64,000 bases of DNA. Origin: Thalia democratica. Its lineage: Eukaryota. Position numbers and translations under genes: made by a program. Every line of letters begins with the position of its first letter. Position 1 is the first letter of the stretch. The DNA is taken from positions 12,958,001 through 13,022,000 of the forward strand of contig OZ241834.1 in the NCBI GenBank assembly GCA_965202585.1. The letters run 5' to 3'. This document shows positions 1-11,533 of the stretch, piece after piece. A model generated the notes under the pieces. It was not told the DNA's origin. It did no database searches and was given only the letters and a program-made list of their open reading frames with translations.

Positions 1-1261
1 TTGAACTAAATAACTATAGTTTTAGTTAGATAATAGTCATAAAACCGTATACTTTTTTTTTAAGTAACCAAAATTTTATGATAGAATTTTATACTTTTTT
101 TTTACTGTACAAGATAATGTTCTAGAATTTAATATTTTATAACATTATAATACTATTTAATAATTTTAGTAATTTATAAATTCAAAAGTACTGTTATTCA
201 AAAAAAACTTCATTAAAATGTATTTTAGAAGCAAGTTGTTATTTTCTTAAAAGTATTAGCTAACAAATCTGACAAAAGTTGGTTGAATTAAAAAAAAATT
301 TATCAAGTTATCTAAGTACTTAAAAAAAAACGTTGTGTAAAGTTAGTTATATTGTCATAATATTTTGACTGTTGTCAGTAAATTTGTTAGTACTCGACTG
401 TACTGCACCGTATGACCATCAAAAACTATTTACTGGCATTCTGTGACCTTGTTAGGTCTTAACTGGCAGACAAAATTATTTCGAACCGCTGTATAAGTTT
501 AATTGATCGGGCCTAAGTACATTAGTATGGAAGCTACCGTACTAAAGCTACCTTCTTTGCACGAAGGTTCATTTTTCCTCAGCGTCTGTTTAGCAGGGGC
601 TTAAAGTTATTTTCAGCTAAATTGTAAACCTTCTGACGCCTTGGATAGTGGTTTTAAACAATTTTAGCAGTTTTTTACTGTTACCCCTAATCCTTACTTT
701 TGGTCGGTAAGCAGTTCCTTCTTTCGGCCCGGTTAACGGCGAAAAACGATTGTTGCAGTGATTTACTAGCATTATAACTCCTAACTCTTACCCTTGGTCG
801 GTAAGTAGTTCTTTTTACCGGTGATTGACAATTACAACGGTGGCTTAAACAAGTCAACCGTGCAAAAGTTACACACGTTTAATAGTGATTTCATGCAAAA
901 TTGTTAGCCGTGAAATTTTAATGCTTGTTTAAATGAAAACTCTTTGTGCAAAACACTTCCGTCCAAAATTACAGTAGAGTAAAGTACTTATCTTAGGTAT
1001 CTTAAGTACTTTTAGTATATATATATATATTTAATAATTAAAATTAAAACTTTTCCTTGTTGTTTATAGTAGCTCCTAAAATCCTACATACGGCATTGAA
1101 ACTTTATTAATTAAACGTTGTTAGTTTAACATCCAACTGTCAAATAATCCAACTGTTCCGTATTTTTCAAGTTACTAGTTTAGATTTTTAGAGTCGAATT
1201 AAGATTTCGTAAAGAGAAATTGGCTCTTTTCTCTATACAATTAGTATTTGATAAACAGCCA

Positions 1262-1313
1262 TTACTGTTCATTCATGCTTGCCCAAGGTGACTCTGCAGC
1301 CAAATTCGAACTT
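1262..1313 (-). mobile_element. Possible tRNA-derived (CORE-like) SINE remnant
   Basis: Minus strand reads GTTCGAATTTGGCTGCAGAGTCACCTTGGGCAAG: a pol III B-box-like GTTCGAA followed by a motif resembling the CORE-SINE 'ACCTTGGGCAAG'. Short, single copy here. Confidence 0.3.
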
Positions 1314-1941
1314 TTAAAAATTCTTATTACACTATATACCAATAAATTCATTAAATGGTAATTTTTTAAAGTTTTATAAATGGTGTTTGTAATTAAGAAG
1401 CATAGAAAAGAGGCCCAGTACATCAAAAAGGTTAAAAATAAAGTTCAAGTCAATATTAGGTGCTAACACATTTTTGAGATGAAAAAAAGTGTCAAAAGAT
1501 CTGATGTTTAAAACTATCGTCAAAAAATAAATTATGTTTTCTCAAAGTTTTCAATGTATGTCAAAGACTAATATATGAATAAAAACTATATGCTTAAATC
1601 CTTAAAAATGTAATATGGAACTTGAAGATTTTGGCAAAAAAGCTTATAATTCAATATATTAAAAAAAAAGCCTTAAATATTGAACAAAAATAATGGAGGA
1701 ACTTTAAAGTTTAATATATTTTTGTGAAAAATCATCAAAAAGCTTGGAAAAACTGTGTTTTTATTTATCTAAAAACAGTTGTCACACACTCAGGCCTGCT
1801 TGAAATTTTAAAAATATTAGTTAATTTTTATGACTGTAAATATTTTTTCCCTATAAATAAGGTTGCTAAGTTTCTTATTTTATTCTTTTAGTATTTTAGA
1901 CTTCTATGCTATATTAGTGTTGTTTTTTTTAAATAAAGCTA

Positions 1942-2690
1942 CAGTAGACTACCGCTTAAGTACGCAAATTGAACCCAACTAAAAAGCGCGTACTTAGCAT
2001 GGGTAGTGCGTACTTTTTGACAACATAGTATAATATGAAATTTAGTTGTTTGTTTTCTTTCTTACAATTAGCCACCAAATAATTAAGCCAAATAAACAAG
2101 TCTTTTGAGTCAAGGCTATTAATGAACTAGAAAGAGGTGCTGTTCACTTTCATGATGAAGAAAATGTTGAGATGGCTGCAGGATATAGTCAATGTCACTT
2201 ACGTGGGTACACCAAGCTATACACTGAAGCTGTGGAAACTGAGTGTCAGCTCTCTAGTAAAGCTTTTAGTATAGCTCCTGAGCTCTATCACAAGCTAAAA
2301 AGCACCCAAGCAAAATATCAACGTTTGCTAAACAAAGCAGCCTTATCTGAGCAGGGCTCACATAGAAAGAAAACCAAGCAGCTCACAATTTTTTATTTTG
2401 AGATTTTTATTAAACATTTTATTTAGAAAGTGATACATGTATTATAATTTTCCATTAGCTAAAAAGTGTTTAATTTTTTTTTATTTGAAAGAAAAACGTT
2501 TCAGGACTGTTTTTGTAAGAAAGTTTGTATCACTATAAATATTTATAGTATAATTGCACAATGATAAGATGCTCATTAATTTTATTTTAACTTTAGTTTT
2601 TTGTTGTTGTTTTTTTGTCTTTCTGGATAAGTGCATACTTAAGGCGGGGTGCGTACCAAAAAAAGTGCGTACTTAAGCGGTAGTCTACTG
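1942..2690. mobile_element. Tc1/mariner (pogo/Tigger-like) non-autonomous element, 749 bp
   Basis: 25-bp TIR CAGTAGACTACCGCTTAAGTACGCA at both ends, TA on both sides (1940-41, 2691-92). Internal ORF 2172-2426 may be a transposase remnant but I do not recognise it. Confidence 0.85.
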
Positions 2691-3770
2691 TAATGTTATT
2701 GTTTTTTTCAGTTTTATTGTGTATTCAGGCTGACTTAAGCTAGCTTGATGTAACTATAGCTTTGCACCATCAAAGAATTGCAACTCCGAAGTTGCAGTAA
2801 ATTTGTATTTAAAACTTTACATAACAGAAGTTAATCTATTTTTTGTTGTTCTAAAAATCAAACTAATGTTTGTTATTGTTCAAACTTATTGTTCAAACTT
2901 TAAGCGTTTATATAAGAAAGAAAAATGTGAAAGCTCACAACAAAGGTCAATGGATTGGTGTGGAGAAACACCTCTTGGTCATCTAGCTGCACACCATTTA
3001 TTTGTAACTTGTACTTTTCAGCTAAGTTTAAAACAATAATGAAAAAGTAGAAAAAAAAAACTTAAACAGTAATTATACATTAAAAAAATTCTTTTTTTCT
3101 CTTTTTTTTTCCAAGTTTAATAGTGGTAAGCGCCCTTTTTTAACTCATTACTGCCAATATTGACCATGGAAACCATAGTCTACCATGGGCTTCACACCTG
3201 CTCCTCCCCTAGATTTCAATTTTTATGATCATTTGCATTTTTCTTGTTGCCCTCTATACAAGAGCAACCACAAAAAATGCAACAATATCTCAAAATTAAA
3301 TAAAAGGGGAGAATTAGTAATGTCAGTATACATAAAATATTTAGTATAGTCATAAAACCGTAAGAGAACCATGTATTTTAAAATGGTGTCTATAAATTTC
3401 TAGTATATGTGGTTGTAGGTAGGTAAAAGTTTAGAGCTATTAAAAATTTGTTGAAATTGTTTTATAGATTTGTAAACAATTCAGTTTTAATCAATAAAGT
3501 CTAGCACTAGTAGTTAATTGAATTTGTTTAAACTACTTAAAATAAAATCACTTCTGATACAGAACAGCTAAACTTAGAAAATAAAATAATAAAACTTAAG
3601 AAATATTCTGAAAAATAAAGTAATAATAAAATTTTTTGAAGTGAGTTAAATAAACTGTTTGTAAACCTAAAACTAAATTTTAACTGATAAAATCAAATAA
3701 CCACAATATTTAAAAAATATGAAGTTATACACCTAAATTTAGAATCTCTATCTTCTGAAACAGATAAACA

Positions 3771-4120
3771 CAGGGTTGCAACTTTACCTGGAAACCTTGG
3801 AAAACCTGGAATTTGACAATTTAGGCAAAAATAACCTGGAAAAACCTGGAATTTTAACAATTTTCACATGTTCAGTAGTAAAATTTCTGTTTGACTCAAA
3901 GAATCTATCATATAAATAAAAATTTTTTGTCATCATCCAATTTTTTTTAATTTAAAACATCTTTAAAAAAGATTTTCAATGTTTTTATACTAAATAACAC
4001 AGTTTCTCACCTTAGATTTAACTTTAAACTAAAAATAGACCATAAAATATGTACTTTTAAAAACTTGGAAGAAATTTGAAAAACCTGGAAACATTTTTGA
4101 AAAAACAAGTGGCAACCCTG
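3771..4120. mobile_element. hAT-like MITE (CAGGGTTGCC family, AAACCTGGA subterminal repeats), 350 bp
   Basis: Ends CAGGGTTGCAAC...GTGGCAACCCTG; repeated AAACCTGGA; 6-bp TSD TAAACA. Confidence 0.9.
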
Positions 4121-4129
4121 TAAACACTT

Positions 4130-7100
4130 GATATCTAGTAAAACAAAAAACAACAAAAAAGAAAATAAAAGAAAAATACACCTACTTGTGTAATCACACC
4201 GTCAATAAGGACGAAACAACACTATCAAGTTTTTTATACAAGAAAAAATAAATAAAACCAACTTAAACCAATCCAGCTATACTTACACCAAGTTTATGAG
4301 ACCAACAGCAATCAGATAAAAAAAAAATACAAACACCAATACAAAGACATAAGTTTAACTAATGGTATGTAAGATTAAGCTTGATATTTTTCTGTTTGTC
4401 TTTTAAATAAATTATCACTCATTCCATATTGAAATGCTCCAAGATAGCTCTGATATTTTAAATTTCGAGGCAATTCTTCTCATAGTTTACAACCAAGGTA
4501 GGATATTGTCTTAAGACCATAAAGACTATTTACTCTAGGAAAAAATAATTTTTTTCTGAAAATGTTGTTAGATGATTATGCTTTTTATTAACATTTGTAA
4601 AGTAAGGCTTAAAATTAACTGACAAAGTATCTCTTTTAAATTTGTGCATAAAAACTCCTAACTCATACTTGAACATATTTTCAACATCTAATATTTTCTT
4701 TTTTATTTTTGTACTGTTAACACTTTCATTCCAACCTTTAAAATGAATGCACGTATGCTCTATTTATAAGGTTATCAATCTCAGTAGTTTAAGTTTTACT
4801 AACTTGCCCTACCCCAACTCAACAAACCATATCTTACATGACTCATCAAAAGTGTATTTTAGATACAATACAAGGAATTTTGATTTAGAAAGTACCTTGT
4901 TTTGTATAAAATACTTATTGTCTTCAATAACTTAGTTTTTACTGCTTCAATATGGTCAGACCAATTGAGGTTATTATCAATTGTTACACTGAGATACTTA
5001 TAATTTTCTACCTTTAATCTTGATGAATACCTATTTTTAAATCTAAATTTGTGTTTTTCCATACTTCTTTTTTACCAGAGTGAAAGAGCATGTACCTTGT
5101 TTTATCAGTATTTAGTTTAAGCCTATTATCCTTTAACCATTTCGATATATTATCTAGTTCTGAATTAAGGTATGTAGTGTCTGTTTTGTAATTTTCTTTT
5201 TTAAATGTCCTGTATAATAATGTGTCATCTGCAAAACTTAATACGTTTAGACTGGTGTTGTTTTGTAGATCATTTATATATACCAAAAACAATAGTGGTC
5301 CCAACACAGAACCCTGTGGCACTCCTACTTCTACACCCTCCCAATCTGATTCATGCCCTCCAAAATCAACAAATTACTTTCTTTTAGTTTAATATGATTT
5401 TTTTATTAACCTATGTATTTTTCCATTTACTCCAATATATCAGGGTTGCCACTTTACCTGGAAACCTGGAAAAACCTTGAAAAACCTGGAATTCAACAAT
5501 TTAGGCAAAAATTACCTGGAAAAACCTGGAATTTGAGAAATTTTGAAAAAAACCTGGAAAAACCTGGAATTTTTAATAATTTTAACATTTTCAGTACTAA
5601 AATTTCAATTTGACACAAAAAATCTATCATATAAATAAGATTTTTTGTTATAATCAAAAAAAAAAATTATTAAAAAACTCTTTAAAGTAACTATATAGCA
5701 TCTTTTAAATGTTTTTGTACTATTTAACACAGTTAATTTTATAGAAAATAACTTAAAACTAAAAATAGACCCAACAATGTTAATTTTTAAAAACCTGGAA
5801 AATTTTATGAAAAAACAAGTGGCAACCCTGAATATATTCTAACTTGTCTAACAAAATCTTTCTATGCACACAGTCAAAGGCCTTGCTAAGATCTAATAAA
5901 ACAGCACAAACTGAATTTTCCTTATCAAAGGAGGACAATGTACCTTCCACAAACTCCAACAGATCTAAGGTAGTAGAGTGTCCCTAAATCCTCACTGAGA
6001 AGAATTCAAGATATTGAAGTTAGTAAAAAACTTGTATGAACAACTACATATGGCTTTTTCTATAGTTTTGATAATATTTGATAAAAGTGAAATTGGTCGA
6101 TTGTATCCTGGAAGTGTTTTTGAACTTGCTTTAAATATAGGTATAACTTAAGCTAATTTTAAAAAGTTTGGGTAATTACTATCCTGAAATGCTTGATTAG
6201 TTAGTTCACTAATAACTGGAACTATATGATAGTTTTTTTTCTTTAAGATTATGATAGAAATATTATCTACACCACTAACTTTATCTGAACTTAAACTTTT
6301 TATGATACTAATTATTTCATTTTCATGTACATCAAACCAAACAAAATTGTTATAGTGGTTTTTTGGGCTATTAATAGAGGAGTTTAGATAATTTTCCTGT
6401 TTTGAATATGTTTGTTTTCCAATATTAGCAAAATGAAGGTTAAAGCTATTTACAATTTCATCTGGATTAACAAAAGATTTTTCATTCATTTCAAGTTTAT
6501 GAGGATTTTTTTTTCTGTCTGTTTGTATTATTATTATTAATTACCTTCCAAGTCTCTGCTGAATCTTTATTACAACTTATAATTTTTTTCTCAAAATACT
6601 TTTTTTTTCAAAATTGTTATAATTTTTGTTAACTTGTTTCTGTAAACTTTATATTCTTTTACATGGTGTATAATACTAAAGTTAATTCTGCAAAGTATTT
6701 TGTAAAGGTCATTTTAATTTCTAAAAGATTTAAGAATACCTTTCGTAATCCAGGGTTTTGACTTACATATTAATTTAGATTTGAAAGTTTTTTTCATAGG
6801 AATATTTTTATTTTATTATCTCTTTTTTTTATCTATGAAGCATTCAAAATTTGAATGTATTGAGTCTTTAGAATTGATAATTTTATATATTTGAAGTTTA
6901 TTTAAAGTTTGGGAAGTATCAATCATTAGTTTTGAGTGTTAATTTTAGAAAAGTCTTGGCAAAATTGAATTTTAGAATTTATATTAGTCTTACTTTGGTT
7001 ACAATATTTTAATTTTAAGTAGAGTGGTAAATGATCAGAAATATCTTATAAAAGTACATTTGAGTTTAAAATTGTTTGCGGGTTGGAGTAATAAAATGAT

Positions 7101-7690
7101 CAATCAATGTTCCTCCTAGGTTATTAACTCTGGTTGGAACATTAATCATTTAGTAAGACTAAAGCTACAAATTTCATCATAATAATTTTTAATTGATTGA
7201 TCCTTATCTCTTTTGAGTAGATTAATGTTAATATCCCCGAATATGCAAATATATTTGATAAAAAGTCTGAAAATTGTTTTGTAAATTCTATAACTGAGAT
7301 CCCTGGGTAGCAATAAATTACTCTACTAATATTTTTTACTATTTCCTCTCACTGATAATTCTACCCAAATTGATTCGTAATTAGCACTATGGAAAATGAG
7401 TTCACTTCTTAATGTTTATGTCATAGAGTTGTTAATAAATGTTTTAACTCCTCCTGTTCTTGAAAAAGAATTTGTATAGTGGAATGTGTATATGTTTAAC
7501 GTTATCAAATCAAGATTATTGTTGTTATTTAATTTGGTCTCACAGACCCCTTTTATGTCAGGTAAAATTCTGTAGGAAGTCATTAATTCTTCTAATAGTG
7601 ATATGTTTTTTGATAAGCTTCTTATATTCACATGTAAAAAGCTAAGACCAATGTTAATTTAAGTTAAAAAAAAACACTATCCTCTATGGC
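4130..7690 (-). mobile_element. Decayed CR1/L2-type non-LTR retrotransposon (ORF2: APE endonuclease + reverse transcriptase, 3' UTR)
   Basis: Minus-strand fragments in the expected order: LSFLHVNIRSLSKN (~7650), NLHFANIG and SSDKVSGVDNIS (6148-6489), YNRPISLLSNIIKTIEK, LDLSKAFDCV, PQGSVLGPLLFLVYINDL and FADDT (5014-5322), YKYLSVTIDNNLNWSDHI (4859-5062). Many stops and frameshifts; interrupted by the MITE at 5441-5830. Ends approximate. Confidence 0.88.
5441..5830. mobile_element. hAT-like MITE (CAGGGTTGCC family) inserted in the LINE RT coding region, 390 bp
   Basis: TIR CAGGGTTGCCAC/GTGGCAACCCTG; 7-bp TSD AATATAT; removing the element plus one TSD restores the RT frame KLEYIGVNG. Confidence 0.92.
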
Positions 7691-7827
7691 CTTAATAACA
7701 TATTGACATTTAGTCATTAAATTTAAAAAGTAGTGAGGTGATTTAATCTTGTAAAATGAGTATTTGGTCAGTGTTTTCTTTTGATTAGTTGTTATTAATT
7801 TTAAATAGGAAAAAATGTTGGTAATTA

Positions 7828-8239
7828 CCTAGCATGATGTTGCACCAATATCAAGCTAAAATTGTGTAATGTTTGATGTTTTTTTAACCATAATTTTGGG
7901 ATAAAAGTAAAATGTATTTCTTTTTAATTGGTATAATATTTTGAAACTTATTGTCTGAAAGTCCATTTTTAATTTTGGCTTCAAAATAATTAGAAGTTTT
8001 TGTAGTTCAGCCTGAAAAATATTTGATATACAAATACAATCTCTTACTTAAAATTTATTGTCTTGTTTATTTTTTAAATAATTAAACAACTGTTAATGCA
8101 TTTATATACCTTGTTTAAAACATAGTATCTTTTTAGATTTATTACGCAAAAAATATTGATTTCATCCTAAATTAATGGTTAACAAAGACATGAAATATTA
8201 TATAATTTCAGTTTGATATTAGTGCTACATCATGCTAGG
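7828..8239. mobile_element. TA-flanked MITE, 412 bp
   Basis: Inverted ends CCTAGCATGATGTTGCAC / GTGCTACATCATGCTAGG (1 mismatch), TA on both sides. Confidence 0.7.
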
Positions 8240-8503
8240 TATTTACAAAAATGTCATCTGGTGATAACTATTAATATTATATTGTAAATTTCCAGCCACT
8301 TAGTTAAATTTTTGTTATTATTTTAAAATTTGAGTGTTTGCTTTCTGTTGTAGTTGATAATATTTTATTTCTTTTTACTCAAAAACACCGACTTTTTAAG
8401 TTGTTAGACTAACAAACTCCATGTATATATTGTGTTTTATTATTCTTCTTAGTGTAGTGCCTGAAAAACAAATTCAGGTGTTAATTGACTTTTTTGATTA
8501 CTA

Positions 8504-8845
8504 CAGAGCTACCACACACTCATGCTAGTTTGAAACTTTTGTTAAAAAACTCAGGCCAACTCAGATTAGTTTGAAATTTTTGAAAAACTCAGGCTGGTTC
8601 AAATATTCTGTTTAAATCTCAAGCTAGTTTTTTTTTGACTTAAAATATTTATTTTTTTAAATTGTGTTTTTAGTATGTTGCTTTCTTATTATTTTGAAAT
8701 TTTAAGTATTCAAGGTTGATTAAAATTAATTTGTTTCAGGTTGTGGCATAATTTTTATTTCCTAAAATCAGGCTAGCTTGATATAACACATGACAATTTT
8801 TGTTCAATCATGTTTGCTTTTCTGCCTCAAAGAGTGGCAACCCTG
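8504..8845. mobile_element. Degenerate CAGGGTTGCC-family MITE (ACTCAGG subterminal repeats)
   Basis: Right end GAGTGGCAACCCTG intact; left end degenerate (CAGAGCTACCACACACT); internal AAACTCAGG repeats; no TSD visible. Confidence 0.55.
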
Positions 8846-9230
8846 AGTTATGTAAAGTTGTAAATAATTCAATCAGTTTTGCCATTTTTTATTTGAAAAT
8901 TAGTTGTAGTTTTTGTCAAAAACGACTTGCAAAAACTTTTCATAGTACCTGAAATACTTGCATTTATCTATTTTTTTACCATTTTTATAAATTACAATAT
9001 AGTAATATACATAAGTATAATAACAATAGTAAAATATAAATAAGATAAGCTGTTTTAAAGCTCAAACACTTTTACACAATAATATATTTAATACAATCTA
9101 TTTATTTGTGAAAAATATTTTACTAAAATAATTTAAGTACGCCTCAAAAAATTGCTTACAAAGCCTAAAAAAGGTTTTGTTCCATTAGTACTGGCTATCT
9201 TAAAATATAACTTCACCTTCTCCATTATAT

Positions 9231-9457
9231 CAGGGTTGCCACACACTTAGAATACTCAAGAAAATCAGGATATTTTGAAGTTTAAGAAAATATTTTGATG
9301 ACTCTGTTTAACTCAGAATATTGTCATTTTGTTCTTTCAACTCAGGCTGAACCAGAATAGTTTTTTTTAAATATAAACCCAGAAAAGTTTTAACGTTTAT
9401 GAATCTGTCAGGCAAGTAATTTTCTAGATTTTGAACTCTCAAAGAATGGCAACCCTG
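9231..9457. mobile_element. CAGGGTTGCC-family MITE (ACTCAG subtype), 227 bp
   Basis: CAGGGTTGCCACACACT...GAATGGCAACCCTG; flanks TTATAT/TTGTGT may be a decayed 6-bp TSD. Confidence 0.8.
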
Positions 9458-11533
9458 TTGTGTATATTGTAGCATGAGCAAAAACCAGGTGAGGTTTTCA
9501 GGACTCATTTTAAGCTAAATGACCTTAATATACCATTGATTTACCTTAAAAGCACTCTTAATTTTTTGAAAAATAATCAGTAAAATATAAAATCCAACAT
9601 TTAAGTTAAAAATAACTTATTTTAATTTATACTGTAAACTACGCCATACCAAATGAAAATATAGAATAGAATAGTCAAAAACATTTTAAGTATGTTTGTG
9701 TAGTTGTTGCAGGCTTAATTTTAATTAAAGAGTAAAACTATTTTATTTTTAAGGTGAAAGAAAGTTTGCTGTATTAAAACTTACATATCTTATAAAAAAT
9801 ATAAAGCAAAAAAACATAACAAACAAATTTTGAAAAGAAGATACCCAGCTTTACACAAATGAATAAAACACTAGGTTTTTTTTTATTCACCAAAACGTCA
9901 ATTCCCGCCCCAGCCCACTGTGCTAAAATCACTTGAAGCAGTTATAATTGCAAAAATACTGTTGATAGTGGATGTTAAAAACTCTATTTAGATATGGAAA
10001 AAATTGATTTAGTTGGACAAAAGTCCCTGTTTAGATTTTGAAACAAATATAAGTTTTTTAAATGCATTTTTTCTTAAAATGTTGATAAAATTTATGAGTG
10101 TGGCTTACAAATTCACAAACTTTTTCATAAAACAATAAGTCACACAGTTAATCAATGATATACTTAGTTACAATACAATTCTTACAGTTTTATTTATTTC
10201 AAAAATTGAAACGTTAGTCAAAATCTTGTTTTGTAATATAAACTAAAAAAAAAAGATTGTTCCTTTTCTTATATGATAATTTAAAGTATAAACTTTTACT
10301 TGGTTTTTACAGAGACCTTTTTTGAGATATTGTTATTTCTGTTAAAAGTTTTCAATAAAACCTTATGGACATTTTTTTCTCATGGTCAATTTTTTTCAAA
10401 TTTTAAATTCATTAAAATTATAGTTTTTTCATATTTTTTGAGCTAGAAACCAAAAATTAAAAAAAAACATGTATTAAGTAGCTAAATCAATTATAGTGTG
10501 AGAATTAAAAAGTATTGAAAAAAGTTTAATAAAGGAACTAAAGTAAAAGTGTGACTTTTGCAAAAAAATCTAAATTAGAAGTTTAATTGATGTATGTTGT
10601 ATAAGGTAGGAAAAAAGTAAGTAGCTATAAATACCTGGGTGTATAAGTTGGTAATAACCTTAATTGATCAGAATATGTAAAATTTAGTTATGTAAAAACT
10701 GGGTTTAAAAGTTAATTTAAACTAAATTATTTATTTAAAAGCATAGGGGTCTTGAAAAATACACAAAAACAAAACTAAAATTGTGATACGTTAATTGTTT
10801 ATAACACAAATTCAGAATTTCCATTTTTTTGAAGCCAAATAATTTTTCTTGAGTGATTTAAATAGGCTATATATATATTCTTTAAGTAAAATTTAGAATA
10901 TCTAATAGTAGGTATTTAGGCTTGTTATTAATTCAGAAATGAAAATAAAAAAGAAACCATGACATGCACAACGTGCAATTGAAGTTGTTAAAAATATTTG
11001 TTTTAAATTTTTTATGAGTTTACATTTACAAATTTGATTTGTTTTAGCTTAGCTGTCTTTAAATCTAGGATTTGTATACATACATGTAATAATTATTATT
11101 CATGGTTTAAATGAAATACTACTGTTAATTTTCAAGTTTTTTCACTGATCTTCAAGAGTAAGCTATATTTTAGTCAGTTTGTTAAGAGAATAAAAATGAA
11201 TTATGTGCTTTTAGTAACTTCAAAAATGTTTTCCTTTGCAGAATTGAAATTCAAAAATTTAAATTATTGGCCTCTAATACCACAATTTTTAGCTTGGTTT
11301 ATAGTATAACAAATGATAATTTTTTTATTTGATTTTTTCTGTTCATATAAATTTTTTCTACCAGGGATGCTTTTACATTCAGAAATTATTTCAAAAATTT
11401 TTTTTTTATGTATTGAATAAAAAATACTTAATTCATTTGATAGTTTTTTTTTAATTATATGAACAACATCATGTTTATTTGATTTATATATAAAACAATT
11501 TGCAGTTATACTTTAACAAATTTTAACTAAATT

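Noticed and set aside
2803-3039. Isolated short ORFs here and at 43153, 50193, 57188 and 61752
   Set aside because: F/I/L/K-rich low-complexity translations expected by chance in very AT-rich DNA; no motifs or supporting splice structure.
3141-3200. TTAACTCATTACTGCC (piggyBac-like left end) and TTGACCATGGAAAC (X-box-like)
   Set aside because: No matching right TIR, and no nearby gene start for the motif.
5205-9508. ORFs 5205-5387, 5413-5613, 7460-7645 and 9308-9508
   Set aside because: Antisense to the LINE, or translations of MITE subterminal repeats.
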